A stretch of 64,000 nucleotides of DNA from assembly GCF_963921235.1 (NCBI RefSeq), contig NC_086101.1, forward strand, positions 1,736,001-1,800,000. The letters are read 5' to 3'. The stretch is from Mobula hypostoma. Lineage: Eukaryota. Below the pieces are notes generated by a model. The model was not told the origin of the DNA, made no database searches, and worked only from the letters and a program-made list of their open reading frames with translations. Positions 31,790 through 46,094 of this stretch are shown here, piece after piece. Positions within the stretch are counted from its first letter, which is position 1. Every line of letters begins with the position of its first letter. A program made the translations under genes and the position numbers.

Positions 31790-33480
31790 AATCACAGTCA
31801 TAGTCATACTTTATTGATCCAGAGGGAAATTGGTTTTCGTTACGGTTGCACCATAAATAATAAATAGTAATAGAACCATAAATTGTTAAATAGTAATATG
31901 TAAATTATGCCAGTAAATTATGAAATAAGTCCAGGACCAGCCTATTGGCTCAGGCACCACCGTCAGAGAGTCCAGTTCCATCCCCACAACATCACTGGCC
32001 TTACGAATGAGTTTGTTGATTCTGTTGGTGTCTGCTACCCTCAGCCTGCTGCCCCAGCACACAACAGCAAACATGATAGCACTGGCCACCACAGACTCGT
32101 AGAACATCCTCAGCATCGTCCAGCAGATGTTAAAGGACCTCAGTCTCCTCAGGAAATAGAGACTGCTCTGACCCTTCTTGTAGACAGCCTCAGTGTTCTT
32201 AGACCAGTCCAGTTTATTGTCAATTCATATCCCCAGGTATTTGTAATCCTCTACCATGTCCACACTGACTCCCTGGATGGAAACAGGGGTCACCGGTACC
32301 TTAGCTCTCCTCAGGTCTACCACCAGCTCCTTAGTCTTTTTCTCATTAAGCTGCAGATAATTCTGCTCACACCATGTGACAAAGTTTCCTACCGTAGCCC
32401 TGTACTCAGCCTCATCTCCCTTGCTGATGCATCCAACTATGCCAGAGTCATCCGAAAACTTCTGAAGATGACAAGACTCTGTGCAGTAGTTGAAGTCCGA
32501 GGTGTAAGTGGTGAAGAGAAAGGGAGACAAGACAGTACCCTGTGGAGCCCCAGTGCTGCTGATCACTCTGTCGGACACACAGTGTTGCAAGCACACGTAC
32601 TGTGGTCTGCCAGTCAGGTAATCAAGAATCCATGACACCAGGAAAGCATCCACCTGCTTCGCTGTCAGCTTCTCCCCCAGCAGAGCCGGGCGGATGGTGT
32701 TGAATATAGATAGATAGACAGACAGACAGATATACTTTATTAATCCCGAGGGAAATTGGGTTTCGTTACAGCCGCACCAACCAAGAATAGAGCGTAAATA
32801 TAGCAATACAAAAACCACAAACAATCAAACAACAGAATGCAAACTATGCCAGATGGAAAATAAGTCCAGAACCAGTCTACTGGCTCAGGGTGTCTGACCC
32901 TCCACGGGAGCAGCTGCATGTTCGATGGCCACAGGCAGGAACGACCTCCCGTGCCGCCAGTGTTGTATCACGGTGGAATGTGACCGAAGTCCAACTGTAA
33001 AAAGTTCAATATCCAGTCTGCAAACACGTTCCTCGATCGTAATATACCCCGGATTACACCATCCGTTGTTAGCCAGAACAGTAAGCACCCCACTCCTTCA
33101 CGCCGCTTACCGCTCTCGGTGCACTTCCAGTCAGCCGGAACGGTATTACCCACCGAACTCCTCTTCTCCAAAAGTCTCTGTTGTCTCGACCCGGTCCTCG
33201 TTCCTCGGCTTTGTGATCCCCCTCTGTGTGTTTTCCTCCGGATTTCAGCAGGGGTGTCCACCGCTCTGTTCGCTAAGCCGGCCGGTGTTTGCTGGTCCGT
33301 GGAATACACAATGTGACCTTGCTTCTGTCCCTCGTGTCGGGGTGTAACCATTTCCAGCGCTAAAGAAAACCCAAATAAAACTCTCTCTACCAGCATGTTG
33401 GAGAGGGTGCACCTTCGACGTGAACGCACTGGAGAAGTCAAAAAACTTGACCCTCACAGTGCTCGCTGGCTTGTCCAGGA
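31790..33480 (-). mobile_element. Rex1/Babar LINE RT fragment with a nested short Rex1 derivative at ~32707-33422
   Basis: GAPQGTVLSPFLF and KFSDDS in ORF 32225..32824. The motif FDFSSAF|NTIRP is split by the insertion. Confidence 0.85.
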
Positions 33481-36400
33481 AACAACGCATCCTTTCTGAG
33501 ATAAGGGGCCCAAAACAGCCGACAATATTTTAAGTGCAGCCTGGTTATTGTCTTATAAAGGCTCACCGTTATCTCCTTGCTTTTATGTTCTATTCCCCAT
33601 ATTGCCTTTGACTTTATTACCATAGATTCAACCTCTAAATTAACCTTCTGGGAGTCTTGCACGAGGACTCCTATGTCCCTCTGCACCTCTGATGTTTGAG
33701 CCTTCTCCCCATTTAGATAATAGTCCACACTATTGTTTCTTTTACCAAAATGCAGTATCATACATTTCCCAACTCTGTATTCCATCTACCATATTTTTGC
33801 CCGTTCTTCCAATTTGTCTAAGTCCTCCTGTTAATGCATTGCTTCCTCAGCACTACCTACCCCTCTACCTAACTTCACATCATCCACAAACTTTACCACA
33901 AAGCCGTCAATTACAGAAGACCATAAGACCATAAGATATAGAGGCAGAAGAAGGCCATTTGGCCCATTGAGTCTGCTCTGCCATTCAGTCATGGGCTGAT
34001 CCAATTCTTCCAGTCATCCCCACACTCCTGCCTTCTCCCCATACCCTTTGATGCTCTGGCTAATCAAGAACCTGTCTATCTCTGCCTTAAATACACCCAA
34101 TGACTTGGCCTCCACAGCCACTTGTGGCAACAAATTCCACAGATTTACCACCCTCTGACTAAAGTTATTTCTCCACATCTCAATTCTAATTGGACATCCT
34201 TCAATCTTGAAGTCGTGCGCTCTTGTCCCAGAATTCCCTACCATGGGAAATAACTTTGCCATCTCTAATCTGTTGAGGCCTTTTAACATTCAGAATGTTT
34301 CTATGAGATCCTCCCCTCATTCTCCTGAACTCCAGGGAATACAGCCCAAGAGCTGCCAGACGTTCCTCATACAGTAACCCTTTCATTCCTGGAATTATTC
34401 TCGTGAGTCTTCTCTGAACCCTCTCCAATGTCAGTATATCCTTTCTAAAATAAGGAGCCCAAAACTGCACACAATACTCCAAGTGTGGTCTCACGAGTGC
34501 CTTATAGAGCCTCAACATCACATCCCTGCTCTTATATTCTATACCTCTAGAAATGAATGCCAACATTGCATTTGCCTTCTTCACCACCGACTCAACCTGG
34601 AGGTTAACCTTCAGGGTATCCTGTACAACTCCCTTTGCATCTCTGCATTTTGAATTCTCTCCCCATCTACGTTTGTAAATAATAGTCTGCCCATTTATTT
34701 CTTCCACCAAAGTGTATGACCATATACTTTCCAACATTGTGTTTCAGTAAGTCCATTATCAATTGTTTGACAAACATTGCCAAAAGTAGCAGTCCCAATA
34801 CTGACCCAAGAGGAACTGCATTAGTCACAGGCTGCCAACCAGAAAAGGCTCCTTTTATTCCCACTCACTGCCTCCTGCCTGTCAGCTATTCCTCTATCCA
34901 CGCCAGTATATTTCCATAACTCCACAGGGTTTTATCTTGTTAAGCAGCCTCATGTATGGCACCTTATCAAATGCCTTCTGAAAATCGAAGTAAATGACAT
35001 CCACTCCCTCTCCTTTAACCTCTCTGTTTGTTACTTCCTTAAAGTGCTCTAACAAATTTGTTAGACAAGATTTCCTTTCACAGAAACCATGTTGACTTTA
35101 ACTTATTTTATCATTAGTCTCCAAGTACCCTGAAACCACTTCCTTAATAATAGACACCAATTTTTCCCAACCACTGAGGTTAGACCAACTGGCCCATAAT
35201 TTCCTTTATTTTGTCTTCCTCCCCTCTTAATGAGTGGAGTGACGTTTTCAATCCTCCATCTTCTGGGACCATGCTAGAATCAAGCAATTCTTGAAAGATC
35301 ATGACCAATGCATCCGTTATCTCTTCAGCAACCTCTCTCAGGGCTCAGTGATGTAGTCCATATGGTCCGGGTGACTAATCTACCTTAACACCTTTGAGTT
35401 TTTTCTTTTGTAATAGCAACGGTACTCACTCCTGCTCCCTGACACTCACGGACCTCTGGCACACTGCCAGCATCTTCCACAGTGAAGACTGATGCAATGT
35501 ACCCATTAACTTCATCTGCCATTACTATCTCACCGGGGGCCGTGGTTGAGTGGTCAGTGACTTGGGCCGGTTCCCCCACCGGACTTAGTCTGGTGAGGAG
35601 GGTGTGAGGACACCCAGCAGGACCAAAAAAAAAACAAGACCTGACAAAGAGCAGATAAGCTCCTTGTGAGTCAACGGCCATCTTCCATGGAAGAGATTAA
35701 AGCCTCACCACGTATCTACGAATCGTATGCTATGCACCTAGTTAGAAGAGACATGATGAACTTGGGCGCTGCCCCGTGTGCCTGGACCTGCCCAAGGCCT
35801 CCGCCTAAGGAAGGGCCGAGCTCGAAGAAACGGCCGCGGCTGGAGGCCGACACGGCCTCGGGCTCGAGTTTGGCGGGGGCAGCGGCGGGCAGTGCCAGGG
35901 CGGCCAGCAAGAACAAACTGGAGGAGAGGCTGTACTCAGTGCCGTCGCAAGATGGAGGTGCATAGCCGTTAACCCCAGATTCGGGACAGCACCCACTGAC
36001 TGACTGACTATCTCACCAGAATCATTTTCCAGTGGTCCAATATCAACTCTCACCTCCCTTTTACTCTTTATATAACTGAGAAACTTTTGGTATCCTGCTT
36101 TATATTATTGGCTAGTCTGCCCTCACATTTCATCCTTTCCCTTCTTATAGTTCTTTCAGTTGCCTTTTGTTGAATTTCAAAAGCTTCCCAATCATCCAAC
36201 TTCACACTCACTTTTGTTACCTCATATGCCCTTTCCTTGGCATTTATGCAGTCCTTAATTTCCTTTGTCAACCATGGTTGCCTACACCTGCCAATTGAGA
36301 ACTTCATCCTTTATGGGTTATACCTATCCTGTGCCTTGTGAACTATTCCCCAAAACTTCAGCCATCTCTGCTATGTTGTCACCGTACCAGTATCCCCCTG

Positions 36401-37290
36401 GGCAAGCTCCTCTCTCATGCCTCTGTAATTCTCTTTATTCCACTGCTATATGGATACATCTGACTAGTGCTTCTCCCTCTCAGACTGCAGTATGAATTCA
36501 ATAATTTTATGATCACTGCCTCCTAAAGGTTCTTCACGTTCAGCTCCTGAATAAGATCGGGTTATTACAGAACACCCAATGTAAGATAACCTTTCCCCTA
36601 GTAGACTCAAGCACAAACTGCTCTAAAAAGCCATCTCACGGGCATTGAACAAACTCTCTCTCGTGGTCTGTTGTCAACCTGTTTTTCCCAATCCCCTTGC
36701 GTATTGAAGTCTCCCATTAAAATTGTGTCACTTCCCTCATTGCATGCCTTTTCCAGTTCCCTTTGTAAACTCAACCCCACATCTTGGCTACTGTTTGGAG
36801 GCCTAAATATGATTCCCATAATGGTTTTGTTTTCCCTTCCAGTTTCTTAACTCCACCCACAAAGATTCAACATTCTCTGACCCCATGTCACCTCTTTCTA
36901 AAGATGTAATTCCATCTCTTGCCGACAGAGCCACACCTCGTCCTCTGCCTTCCTACCTGTCCTTTCCACACAAAGTATATCCTTTGATTTTAAGCTCCCG
37001 AAAATGACCTTCTTTCAGCCACAAGTCAGTGATGCTCAAAACGTCATACCAGCCAATCTCTAATAGCGTCACGAGTTCATCTACCTTATTGCAAATACCA
37101 CGTGTATTTAAATACAGCACCCTCAGTGCTGCATTCTTCAGCCTTCTGAATTTTGCTTCTGTGGGACAATTTAACTCTTTGCTCTGGCTGCATTTGTACC
37201 CGATCTTTGGTTTGTCCTTCCTTACGTTCCTGTTACACCCATCACCTACTTGTAAACCTGCTGGCTCACCCTTAGCTCTATCATACTGGT
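33481..37290 (-). mobile_element. Nested CR1 LINE fragments
   Basis: ORFs 34014, 34201, 36068, 36607 and 36953 carry CR1 RT, tether and EN motifs. Confidence 0.85.
35535..36006 (+). mobile_element. 5'-truncated copy of the 28712-29287 RTE-like element
   Basis: Aligns from GGGGGCCGTGG to the (CTGA)n tail, with an 11-bp TSD ACTATCTCACC at 35524-35534 and 36007-36017. Confidence 0.9.
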
Positions 37291-37299
37291 TCTCACTGC

Positions 37300-37950
37300 C
37301 TTCACGTCCCGTGTGTTGCCTCCCGGATGCCAGGATGTCTTGGATCAAGTCCTCACCTCTCTTAAGTGGGACGTGGTCCACGCAGGTACCAATGACATAG
37401 CTAGCACGAGTGACGAGGCTCTGCAAAGGGACTTCAGCAAGTTAGGTGCTAAGTTAAAGAGCAGGACCCCCAGGGTTTTGATCTCAGGATTGCTACCCGT
37501 GCCATGTGCTCGTGAGGCTAGAACTAGGAAGATTATACAGTTTAATACATGGCTAAGGAGTTGGTGCAGGAGGGAGGGCAGGAGAGTTTTGGATCATTGG
37601 GCTGTCTTCAGGGAAGGTGGGACCTGTACAGAAGAGATGGTTTCTCCTGAACTGGAGGGGGTCTAATATCCTAACAGGAAGGTTTGTTAATGCTGCATTG
37701 GAGAGGTTTCAACTGGATCTGCAGGGGGATGGGAGCCAGAGCCTCCAAGAGGAGTTTGTGGAGAGGTTGTGGAGCCAGATGTTGGTAAGACCAAAGTCAG
37801 GAATCAAAAGCTTGAGCATGGTGTGACTGGGTCCTGAGCTGTGTATATTTCAATGCAAGAAGTGTCATGGAAAAGGTGGGTGAGCTCAGGGCTGGATCAA
37901 CACCTGGAATTATGATATTGTAGCCATTGGTGAAACGTGGTTGCAGAGGG
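37300..37950 (+). mobile_element. CR1 ORF1 esterase fragment and start of EN
   Basis: VVHAGTNDI and LISGLLPVP in ORF 37313..37666. Confidence 0.85.
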
Positions 37951-38250
37951 TAAGACAGGCAGTTTATCAGTACCTCCAATTGAACTCCGTCTTTTTGTGT
38001 GTTTCCCTTAGCTGTCAGTCTGTGGTTTTGTATTGCCACGTGCTCTTGTCCCCGCTCCTGCTCTATTCCGGCCCCTGTATTACTGAGTACTCCGTCTCTC
38101 TCCTGTTTCTCATTATTACCTGTATTGCTGCCACTTCTGTCTCATTGTGCTCCACCTATCATCTGCCTCTCTGTTTATTGTCAGTGTATTTCAGTCCTGT
38201 GTTTTCACCAGATTGTGCCAGTGAATTTTCCTGACTTTCCTGACTTACCT
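37950..38250 (+). mobile_element. Possible Gypsy-type LTR fragment
   Basis: Pyrimidine-rich non-coding block lying between CR1 pieces. The call rests on resemblance only. Confidence 0.35.
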
Positions 38251-41200
38251 CACCTCCCACAGTAGCCTGGGGTACATCCCGTCTGGTCCCAGTGACTTAT
38301 CCAACTTGATGCTTTCCAAAAGCTCCAGCACATCCTCTTTCTTTTTTTTTTAATTTTATTTTTATTTGGATAAGGAATTCACAATTATCATGTACTTTTT
38401 TCACACATATAACCTTTTCCATTTTTTATATGTATAAAACTACAATTATTTATACATTCTTAAGTACACATTGAGATGATATAAAATCCTCTTTCTTAAT
38501 GTCTATATGCTCAAGTTTTTCAGTCCGCTGCAAGTCATCCCTACAATCGCCAAGATCCTTTTCCATAGTGAATACTGAAGCAAAGTATTCATTAAGTACC
38601 TCTGCTATCTCTTCCGGTTCCATACACACTTTCCCACTATCACACTTGATTGGTCCTATTCTCTCACATTTTATCCTCTTGCTCTTCACATACTTGTAGA
38701 ATGCCTTGGTGTTTTCCTTAATCCTGCTCGCCAAGGCCTTCTCATGGCCCCTTCTGGCTCTCCTAATTTCATTAATAGAAACATAGAAAACTTACAGCAC
38801 AATACAGGCCCTTCGGCCCACAAAGTTGTGCCGAACATGTCCCTACCTTACAAATTACTAGCCTTACCCATAGCCCTCTATTTTACTAAGCTCCATGTAC
38901 CTATCTAAAAGTCTCTTAAAAGACCCTATCGTATCCGCCTCCACCACCATTGCCGGCAGCCCATTCCACACACTCACCACTCTCTGAGTGAAAAACTTAC
39001 CCCTGACATCTCCTCTGTACCTACTCCCCAGCACCTTAAACCTGTGTCCTCTTGTGGCAGCCATTTCAGCCCTGGGAAAAAACCTCTGACTATCCACACG
39101 ATCAATGCCTCTCATCATCTTATACACCTCTATCAGGTCACCTCTCATCCTCCGTCGCTCCAAGGAGAAAAGGCCGAGTTCACTCAACCTATTCTCATCA
39201 GGCATGCTCCCCAATCCAGGCAACATCCTCGTAAATCTCCTCTACACCCTTTCTACGGCATCCATATCCTTCCTGTAGTGAGGCGACCAGAACTGAGCAC
39301 AGTACTCCAAGTGGGGTCTGACCAGGGTCCTATACACCTGCAACATTACCTCTCGACTCCGAAATTCAATTCCACGATTGATGAAGGCCAATACACCATA
39401 TGCCTTCTTAACCACAGAGTCAACCTGCACAGCTGCTTTGAGCGTCCTATGGACTCAGACCCCAAGTTCCCTCTGATCCTCCACACTCTTTAAGGTCCTT
39501 CCTGCTAGCCTTATAATCTTCTAGATCTCTATCATTACCTAGATTTTTGAACCTTTTGTTAGCTCTTTTCTGCTTGACTAGATTTTCAACAGCCTTGTGT
39601 GCAGTTTTGGTGTTGAAATTTGAGGATGGAAATTCCTTATATTGAGGGAGTGCAGCTCAGGTTCACGAAGTTAATTTCTGGGATGGTGGGTCTGTCATAT
39701 ATTGAAAGATTGGAGCGACTGGGCTTGTATACACTGGAATTTAGGAGGATGAGAGTGGATATGATTGAAACATATAAGATTATTAAGGGATTGGACACGC
39801 TGGAGGCAGGAAACATGTTCCCGATGTTGGGGAGGTCCAGAGCCAGAGGCCACAGTTTAAGAATAAGAGGTAGGCCATTTAGAATGGAATTGAGGATAAA
39901 CTTTTTCACCCAGAGAGTTGTGGATATATGGTATGCTCTGCCTCAGAAGGCAGTGGAGGCCAATTCTCTGGATGCTTTCAAGAGAGAGTTAGATAGAGCT
40001 CTTAAAGATAGCGGAGTGAAGGGATATGGGGATAAGGCAGGAACTGGGTGCTGATTGTGGATGATCAGCCATGATCACAGTGAATGGAGGTGCTGGCTCA
40101 AAGGGCTGAATGGCCTACTCCTGCACCTATTGTCTATTGTCTTTGTACACCATGGTTCCTGTACCCTACCATCCTTTTCCTGTACATTGGAACGTACCTA
40201 TGCAGAACCCCACGCAAATATCCCCTGAACATTTGCCACATTTCTTCCATATGTTTCCCTGAGAACATCTGTTTCCAATTTATGCTTTTGCGACATTGAG
40301 GGAGAGGTTGTTTTCTTGACACCACCGTGTCAGAGAGATGACTTCTTCCCTGTAGGCCACCTTGTTATTGTTTGAGTTAAGGCCAATCAATGTAGTGTCG
40401 TCGGCAAATTTAATTAGCAGATTGGAGCTGTGGGTGGTAATACAATCATGGCTATACAGGGAGTGAAGGAGGGGACTCAGTACACAGCCCTGAGGGGCTC
40501 CTGTATTGAGAGTCAGAGGGGTGAAGGTGAGGGAGCCCATTCTTACCACCTGCTGGCAATCTGACAGGAAGCCCAGGGTCCAGCTGCACAAGGCAGGGTG
40601 AAGGCCGAGGCCTCTGAGGTTCTTATCGAACCTGGAAGGAACTATGGTGTTGAATGCTGAACTGTACTGCAGTGACATTTCGAATTCCCAGTGCTCTGGA
40701 ACCAAGCCAGAATCTAATGATTCTCTAATACCTCCACAATCTGTGTGTGTGTGATTTGATAATAAATTGACCTTGAACAATGTAAAAGGAATTAGAGCTT
40801 TGATTTACGACTGTAAGGGTGTGGAAGGTGATTAAGATTTCACAAGAACATATATAGTCAGCCAGATTGTCCGTATCCAGTCCACAAGTGGAACAACATT
40901 CTGATGAACATGAAGCCCATTCTCCTGCCTTTTTAACAGCCTCTTCAACACTTGCATCGTATTCAAGCATCGAACATATCCCTGTACAGGCCCTTCAGCC
41001 TCCTGACCTGCTCCAAACCTTCCTCCAGATCAATTATATTCTCTTTCATCCATGTGCCTAGCAAACACCCATGAAACATGTGGCTCTACCAGGACCCCCG
41101 TCAGCGTGTTCCACACAGCCAATATCCTTCAACATAGAAAACCTACAGCACAATACAGGCCCTTCGGCCCACGATTCTGTGCCAAACATGTCCCTACCTT

Positions 41201-43270
41201 AGAAATTACTAGGCTTACCCATAGCCCACTATTTTTCTAAGCTCCATGTACCTATACAAAAGTCTCTTAAAAGACCCTATCGTATCCGTCTCCACCACTG
41301 TTGCCGGCAGCCCATTCCACGCACTCACCACTCTGCGTAAAAAACTTACCCCAGACATCTCCTCTGTACCTACTCCCCAGCACCTTAAACCTGTGTCCTC
41401 TTGTGGCAATCATTTCAGCCCCGGGAAAAAGCCTCTGATTATCCACACGATCAATGCCTCTCATCATCTTATACACCTCTATCAGGTCACCTCTCATCTT
41501 CCGTCGCTCAATGGAGAAAAGGCCGAGTTCACTCAACCTATTCTCATAAGGCATGCTCCCCAATCCAGGCAACATCCTTGTGGATCTCCTCTGCACCCTT
41601 TCTATAATTTCCAAATCCTTCCTGTAGTGAGGCGACCAGAACTGAGCGCAGTACTCCAAATGGGGTCTGACCAGGGTCCTGTGTAGCTGTAACATTACCT
41701 CTCGGCTCTTAAATTCAATTCCACGATTAATGAAGTTCAATGCACCATATGCCTTCTTAACCACAGAGTCAACCTGTGCAGCTGGTTTGATCATCCTATG
41801 GACTCGGACCCCTAGATTCCTCTGATCCTCCACATTGCCAAGAGTCTTACAATTAATACTATGCTCTGCCATTATATTTGACCAACCAAAATGAACAACT
41901 GCACAGTTACCTGGGTTGAACTCCATCTGCCACTTCTCAGCCCAGTTTTGCAACCTATCAATGTCCCGCTGTAACCTCTGACAGCCCTCCACACCCTATC
42001 CACAACACCTCCAACCTTTGTGTCATCAGCAAACTTACTAACCCATCCCTCCATACCCTCATCCAGGTCATTTATAAAAATCACGAAGAGTAAGGGTCCC
42101 AGAACAGATCCCTGAGGCACACCACTGGTCACCGACCTCCATGCAGAATATGACCCGTCTACAACCACTCTTTGCCTTCTGTGGGCATGCCAGTTCTAGA
42201 TCCACAAGGCAATGTCCCCTTGGACCCCATGCCTCCTTACTTTTTCAATAAGCCTTGTATGGGGTACCTTATCAAATGCCTTGCTGAAATCCATATACAC
42301 TACATCTACCGCTCTTCCTTCATCAACGTGTTTAGTCACATCCTCAAAAAATTCAATCAGGCTCGTAAGGCACGACCTGCCCTTGACAAAGCCATGCTGA
42401 CTATTCCTAATCAGATTATACCTCTCCAAATGTTCATAAATCCTGCCTCTCAGGATCTTCTCCATCAACTTACCAACCACTGAGGTAAGACTCACTGGTC
42501 TATAATTTTCTGGGCTATCTGTACTCCCTTTCTTGAATAAGGGAACAACATCCGCAACCCTCCAATCCTCTGGAACCTCTCCCGACCCCATTGATGATGC
42601 AAAGATCATTTCCAGAGGCTCAGCAATCTCTCCTGCACCTCCCACAGTAGCTTGGGGTACATCTCATCCAGTCCCGGAGACTTATCCAACTTGACGCTTT
42701 CCAAAAGCTCCAGCACATCCTCTTTCTTAATGTCTATATGCTCAAGTTTTTCAATCTGCTGTAAGTCATCCCTACAATCACCAAGATCCTTTTCCGTAGT
42801 GAATACTGATCAAAGCATTCATTGAGTTCTCTGCCATATCCTCAGATTCCATACACACTTTCCCACTGTCAAACTTGATTGGTCCTATTCCCTCATGCCT
42901 TATCCTCTTGCTCTTCACATACTTGTAGAATGCCTTGTGTATTTAAGGCAGAGATTGATAGGTATCTGGGTAGCCAGGGCATCAAAGGTTATGGTGAGAA
43001 GGCGGGGGAGTGGGACTAAATGGAAGAATGGATCAGCTCATGATAAAATGGCGGAGCAGACTCGATGGGCCAAATGGCCGACTTCTGCTCCTTTGTCTTA
43101 TGGTCTTATAGTCTATGGTTTTCCTTAATCCTGCTTGCCAAGGCCTTCTCAAGGCCTCTTCTGGCTCTCCTAATTTCATTCTTAAATTCCTTCATGCTGG
43201 CCTTGTAATCTTCTAGATCTCTATGATTACCTAGTTTATTGAACCCTTTGTAAGCTTTTCTTTTCTTCTT
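38250..43270. mobile_element. Nest of CR1 copies (mostly minus; plus copy at ~39590-40140) with a Rex1 RT piece at ~40285-40665
   Basis: ORFs 38864, 39620, 41267, 41872 and 42196 are CR1 RT. ORF 40280 contains [10 protein letters not shown] and KFADDT. Confidence 0.88.
38344..38485 (-). mobile_element. Poly(A)-tailed 3' end of an L1/Tx1-type retroposed sequence
   Basis: 12-bp TSD ATCCTCTTTCTT at 38332-38343 and 38486-38497, with a T-tract and TTTATT (AATAAA on the minus strand). Confidence 0.75.
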
Positions 43271-43279
43271 GACTAGATT

Positions 43280-46090
43280 ATAATAATAACAAATAAACAA
43301 GTAAATCAATTATGTATATTTAATAGATTCAAAAACATGCAAAAACAGAAATACTGTATATTTTAAAAAAGTGAGATAGTGTCCAAAGCTTCAATGTCCA
43401 TTTAGGAATCTGATGGCAGAGGGGAAGAAGCTGTTCCTGAATCGCTGAGTGTGTGCCTTCAGGCTTCTGTATCTCCTACCTGATGGTAACAGTGAGAAAA
43501 GGGCATGCCCTGGGTGCTAGAGGTCCTTAATAATGGACGCTGCCTTTCTGAGACACCGCTCCCTGAAGATGTCCTGGGTACTTTGTAGGCTAGTGCCCAA
43601 GATGGAGCTGACTAGATTTACAACCTTCTGCAGCTTCTTTCAGTCCTGTGCAGTAGCCCCTCCATACCAGACAGTGATGCAGCCTGTCAGGATGCTCTCC
43701 ACAGTACGTCTATAGAAGTTTTTGAATGTATTTGTTGACATACCAAATCTCTTCAAACTCCTAATGAAGTATAGCCACTGTCTTGCCTTCTTTATAACTA
43801 CATCGATATGTTAGGACCAGGTTAGATCCTCAGAGCCAGGTTGTTGCTGCGACACCACTCCACTAGTTGGCATATCTCACTCCTGTACACCCTCTCGTCA
43901 CCATCTGAGATTCTACCAACAATGGTTGTATCGTCAGCAAGTTTATAGATGGTATTTGAGCTCTGCCTAGCCACACAGTCATGTGTATACAGAGAGTAGA
44001 GCAGTGGGCTAAGCACACACTCTGAGGTGCGCCAGTGTTGATCGTCAGCGAGGAGGATACGTTATCATCAATCCGCACAGATTGTGGTTTCCAGTTAGGT
44101 AGTCGAGGATCCAATTACAGAGGGAGGTACAGAGGCCCAGGTTCTGCAACTTCTCAATCAGGATTGTGGGAAGGATGGTATTAAAAGCTGAGCTATAGTC
44201 GATGAACAGTATCCTGACGTAGGTGTTGGTGTTGTCCAGGTGGTCTAAAGCCATCTGGAGAGCCATTGAGATTATGTCTGCCATCGACCTATTGTGGCAA
44301 TAGGCAAATTCTAATGAGGCAGGAGTTCAGTCTAGTCATGACCGACCTCTCAAAGCATTTCATCACTTTAGATGTGAGTGCTACAGGGTGATAGTCATTA
44401 AGGCAGCTCACATTATTCTTCTTAGCCACTGGTATAATTGTTGCCTTTTTGAAGCAAGTGGGAACTTCCACCCGTAGTAGTGAGAGGTTGAAAATGTCCT
44501 TGAATACTCCGGCTAGTTGGTTGGCACAGGTTTTCAGAGCCTTACCAGGTACTCCATCGGGACCTTCTGCCTTGTGAGGGTTCACCCTCTTTAAAGACAG
44601 TCTAACATCGGCCTCTGAGACGGAGATCACAGGGTGACCAGGTGCAGCAGGGATCTTCACAGCTGTAGTTGTGTCCTCCCTTTCAAAGCGGGCATGGAAG
44701 GCGTTGAGTTCATCTGGTAGTGAAGCATCTCTGCCATTCATGCTATTGGGTTTTGCTTTGTAGGAAGTAAAGTCTTGCAGACGCTGCCAGAGTTGTCGTG
44801 CATCCGATATCGCCTCCAACCTCGTTTGAAATTGTCTCTTTGCCCTTGAAATAGCCCTTCGGAAATCATACCTGGTTTTCTGGTACAGGCCTGGATCGCC
44901 AGACTTGAATGCCACAGATCTGGCCTTCAGCAGATGATATACCTCCTGGTTCATCCGCGGCTTTTGGTTTGGGAATGTACAGTAAGTCTTTGTGGGCACA
45001 CACTCATCCACACAGGTTTTAATGAAGTTGGTAACAACAGCAGCAAACTCATCCAAATTCAAAGATGAATCTCTGAATACAGCCCAGTTCACTGATTCAA
45101 AGCAGTCCTGCAGGCTCTCCTGTGCTTCCCTTGTCCAAACCTTCTTGGTCCTCACTGCTGGTGCTGCAGTCTTCAGTCTCTGCCTATACTCAGGGAGTAG
45201 AAGTACAGCCAGGTGATCAGACTTCCCGAAGTGAGGGTGTGGAATAGCACGGTAGGCATTCTTGATGGTGGTGTAGCAATGGTCCAGTGTGTTGTTTCCT
45301 CCCGTTTTGCAAGTGATCTGTTGATGGTAATTGCTTAGTAATTTTTTCAGACTGGCCGGTTAAAATCTCCCAAAACAATGGTGAAGGCGTTAGGGTGCGC
45401 TGTTTCATGCATGTTGATCCTATTGCTCAGATCATCTAAAGCCTGCTTGACATTGGGCTGAGGTGGAATGTAAACTGCTGCCAGAATGACCCCAGAGAAC
45501 TCCCGTGGTGAGTGAAAAGGACGGAACTTTACTGCTAGATATTCCCGGTCTGGTGAGCAGAATTGCGACAGCACTGATATATCTGTGCTCAAGAGGAGTT
45601 GATCATGAGGCATACTCCTCCACCTCTGCTTTTCAGAGACTCTATAGATCTCTCCTGTAAAGTAAACCCGTCGATCAGGTACGGAAGGGGTTAACCAGGA
45701 TCCCGTGAAACAAAGGACACACGCGGTCCTGATGTCCCTCTGATCCAGCACCCTGGCTCTGAGATCATCGATTTTATTCACCAGAGACTGCATGGTCGCT
45801 AGCAAGATAGTCGGTATCGGGAGTTTAAAACCCCATTTCCTTAAACGCACTTGTAATCCAGATCTACGCCCGCGCTTCCTCCGAGGCGTCCTCCGTGGGC
45901 ACCTCTGACCACAGACTGTTGTTTCCATCGGTTTTAAGCAGCAATAGTTCACTTAAAAGCATTGAGACATCTTTGTTGACTGTACTGACCTTGGAAGCAG
46001 TTGTGCTTTTCAGCTGTATCAGGCTGAAACGGGAATATTTAATCGTATCCATTGAGAGTACCGCTGATACTCGATTCACACCTAGGCGCC
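43280..46090 (-). mobile_element. Rex1/Babar LINE spanning 5' end to 3'UTR, with deletions and frameshifts
   Basis: Motifs [37 protein letters not shown] and KLADDT across ORFs 45347, 44289, 44045 and 43822. Confidence 0.92.
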
Positions 46091-46094
46091 CCGG

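Noticed and set aside
37285..37310. Twin-priming inversion of a single CR1
   Set aside because: The oppositely oriented pieces differ in their ORF1-ORF2 junction sequence and no shared TSD was found, so they are more likely two independent insertions.
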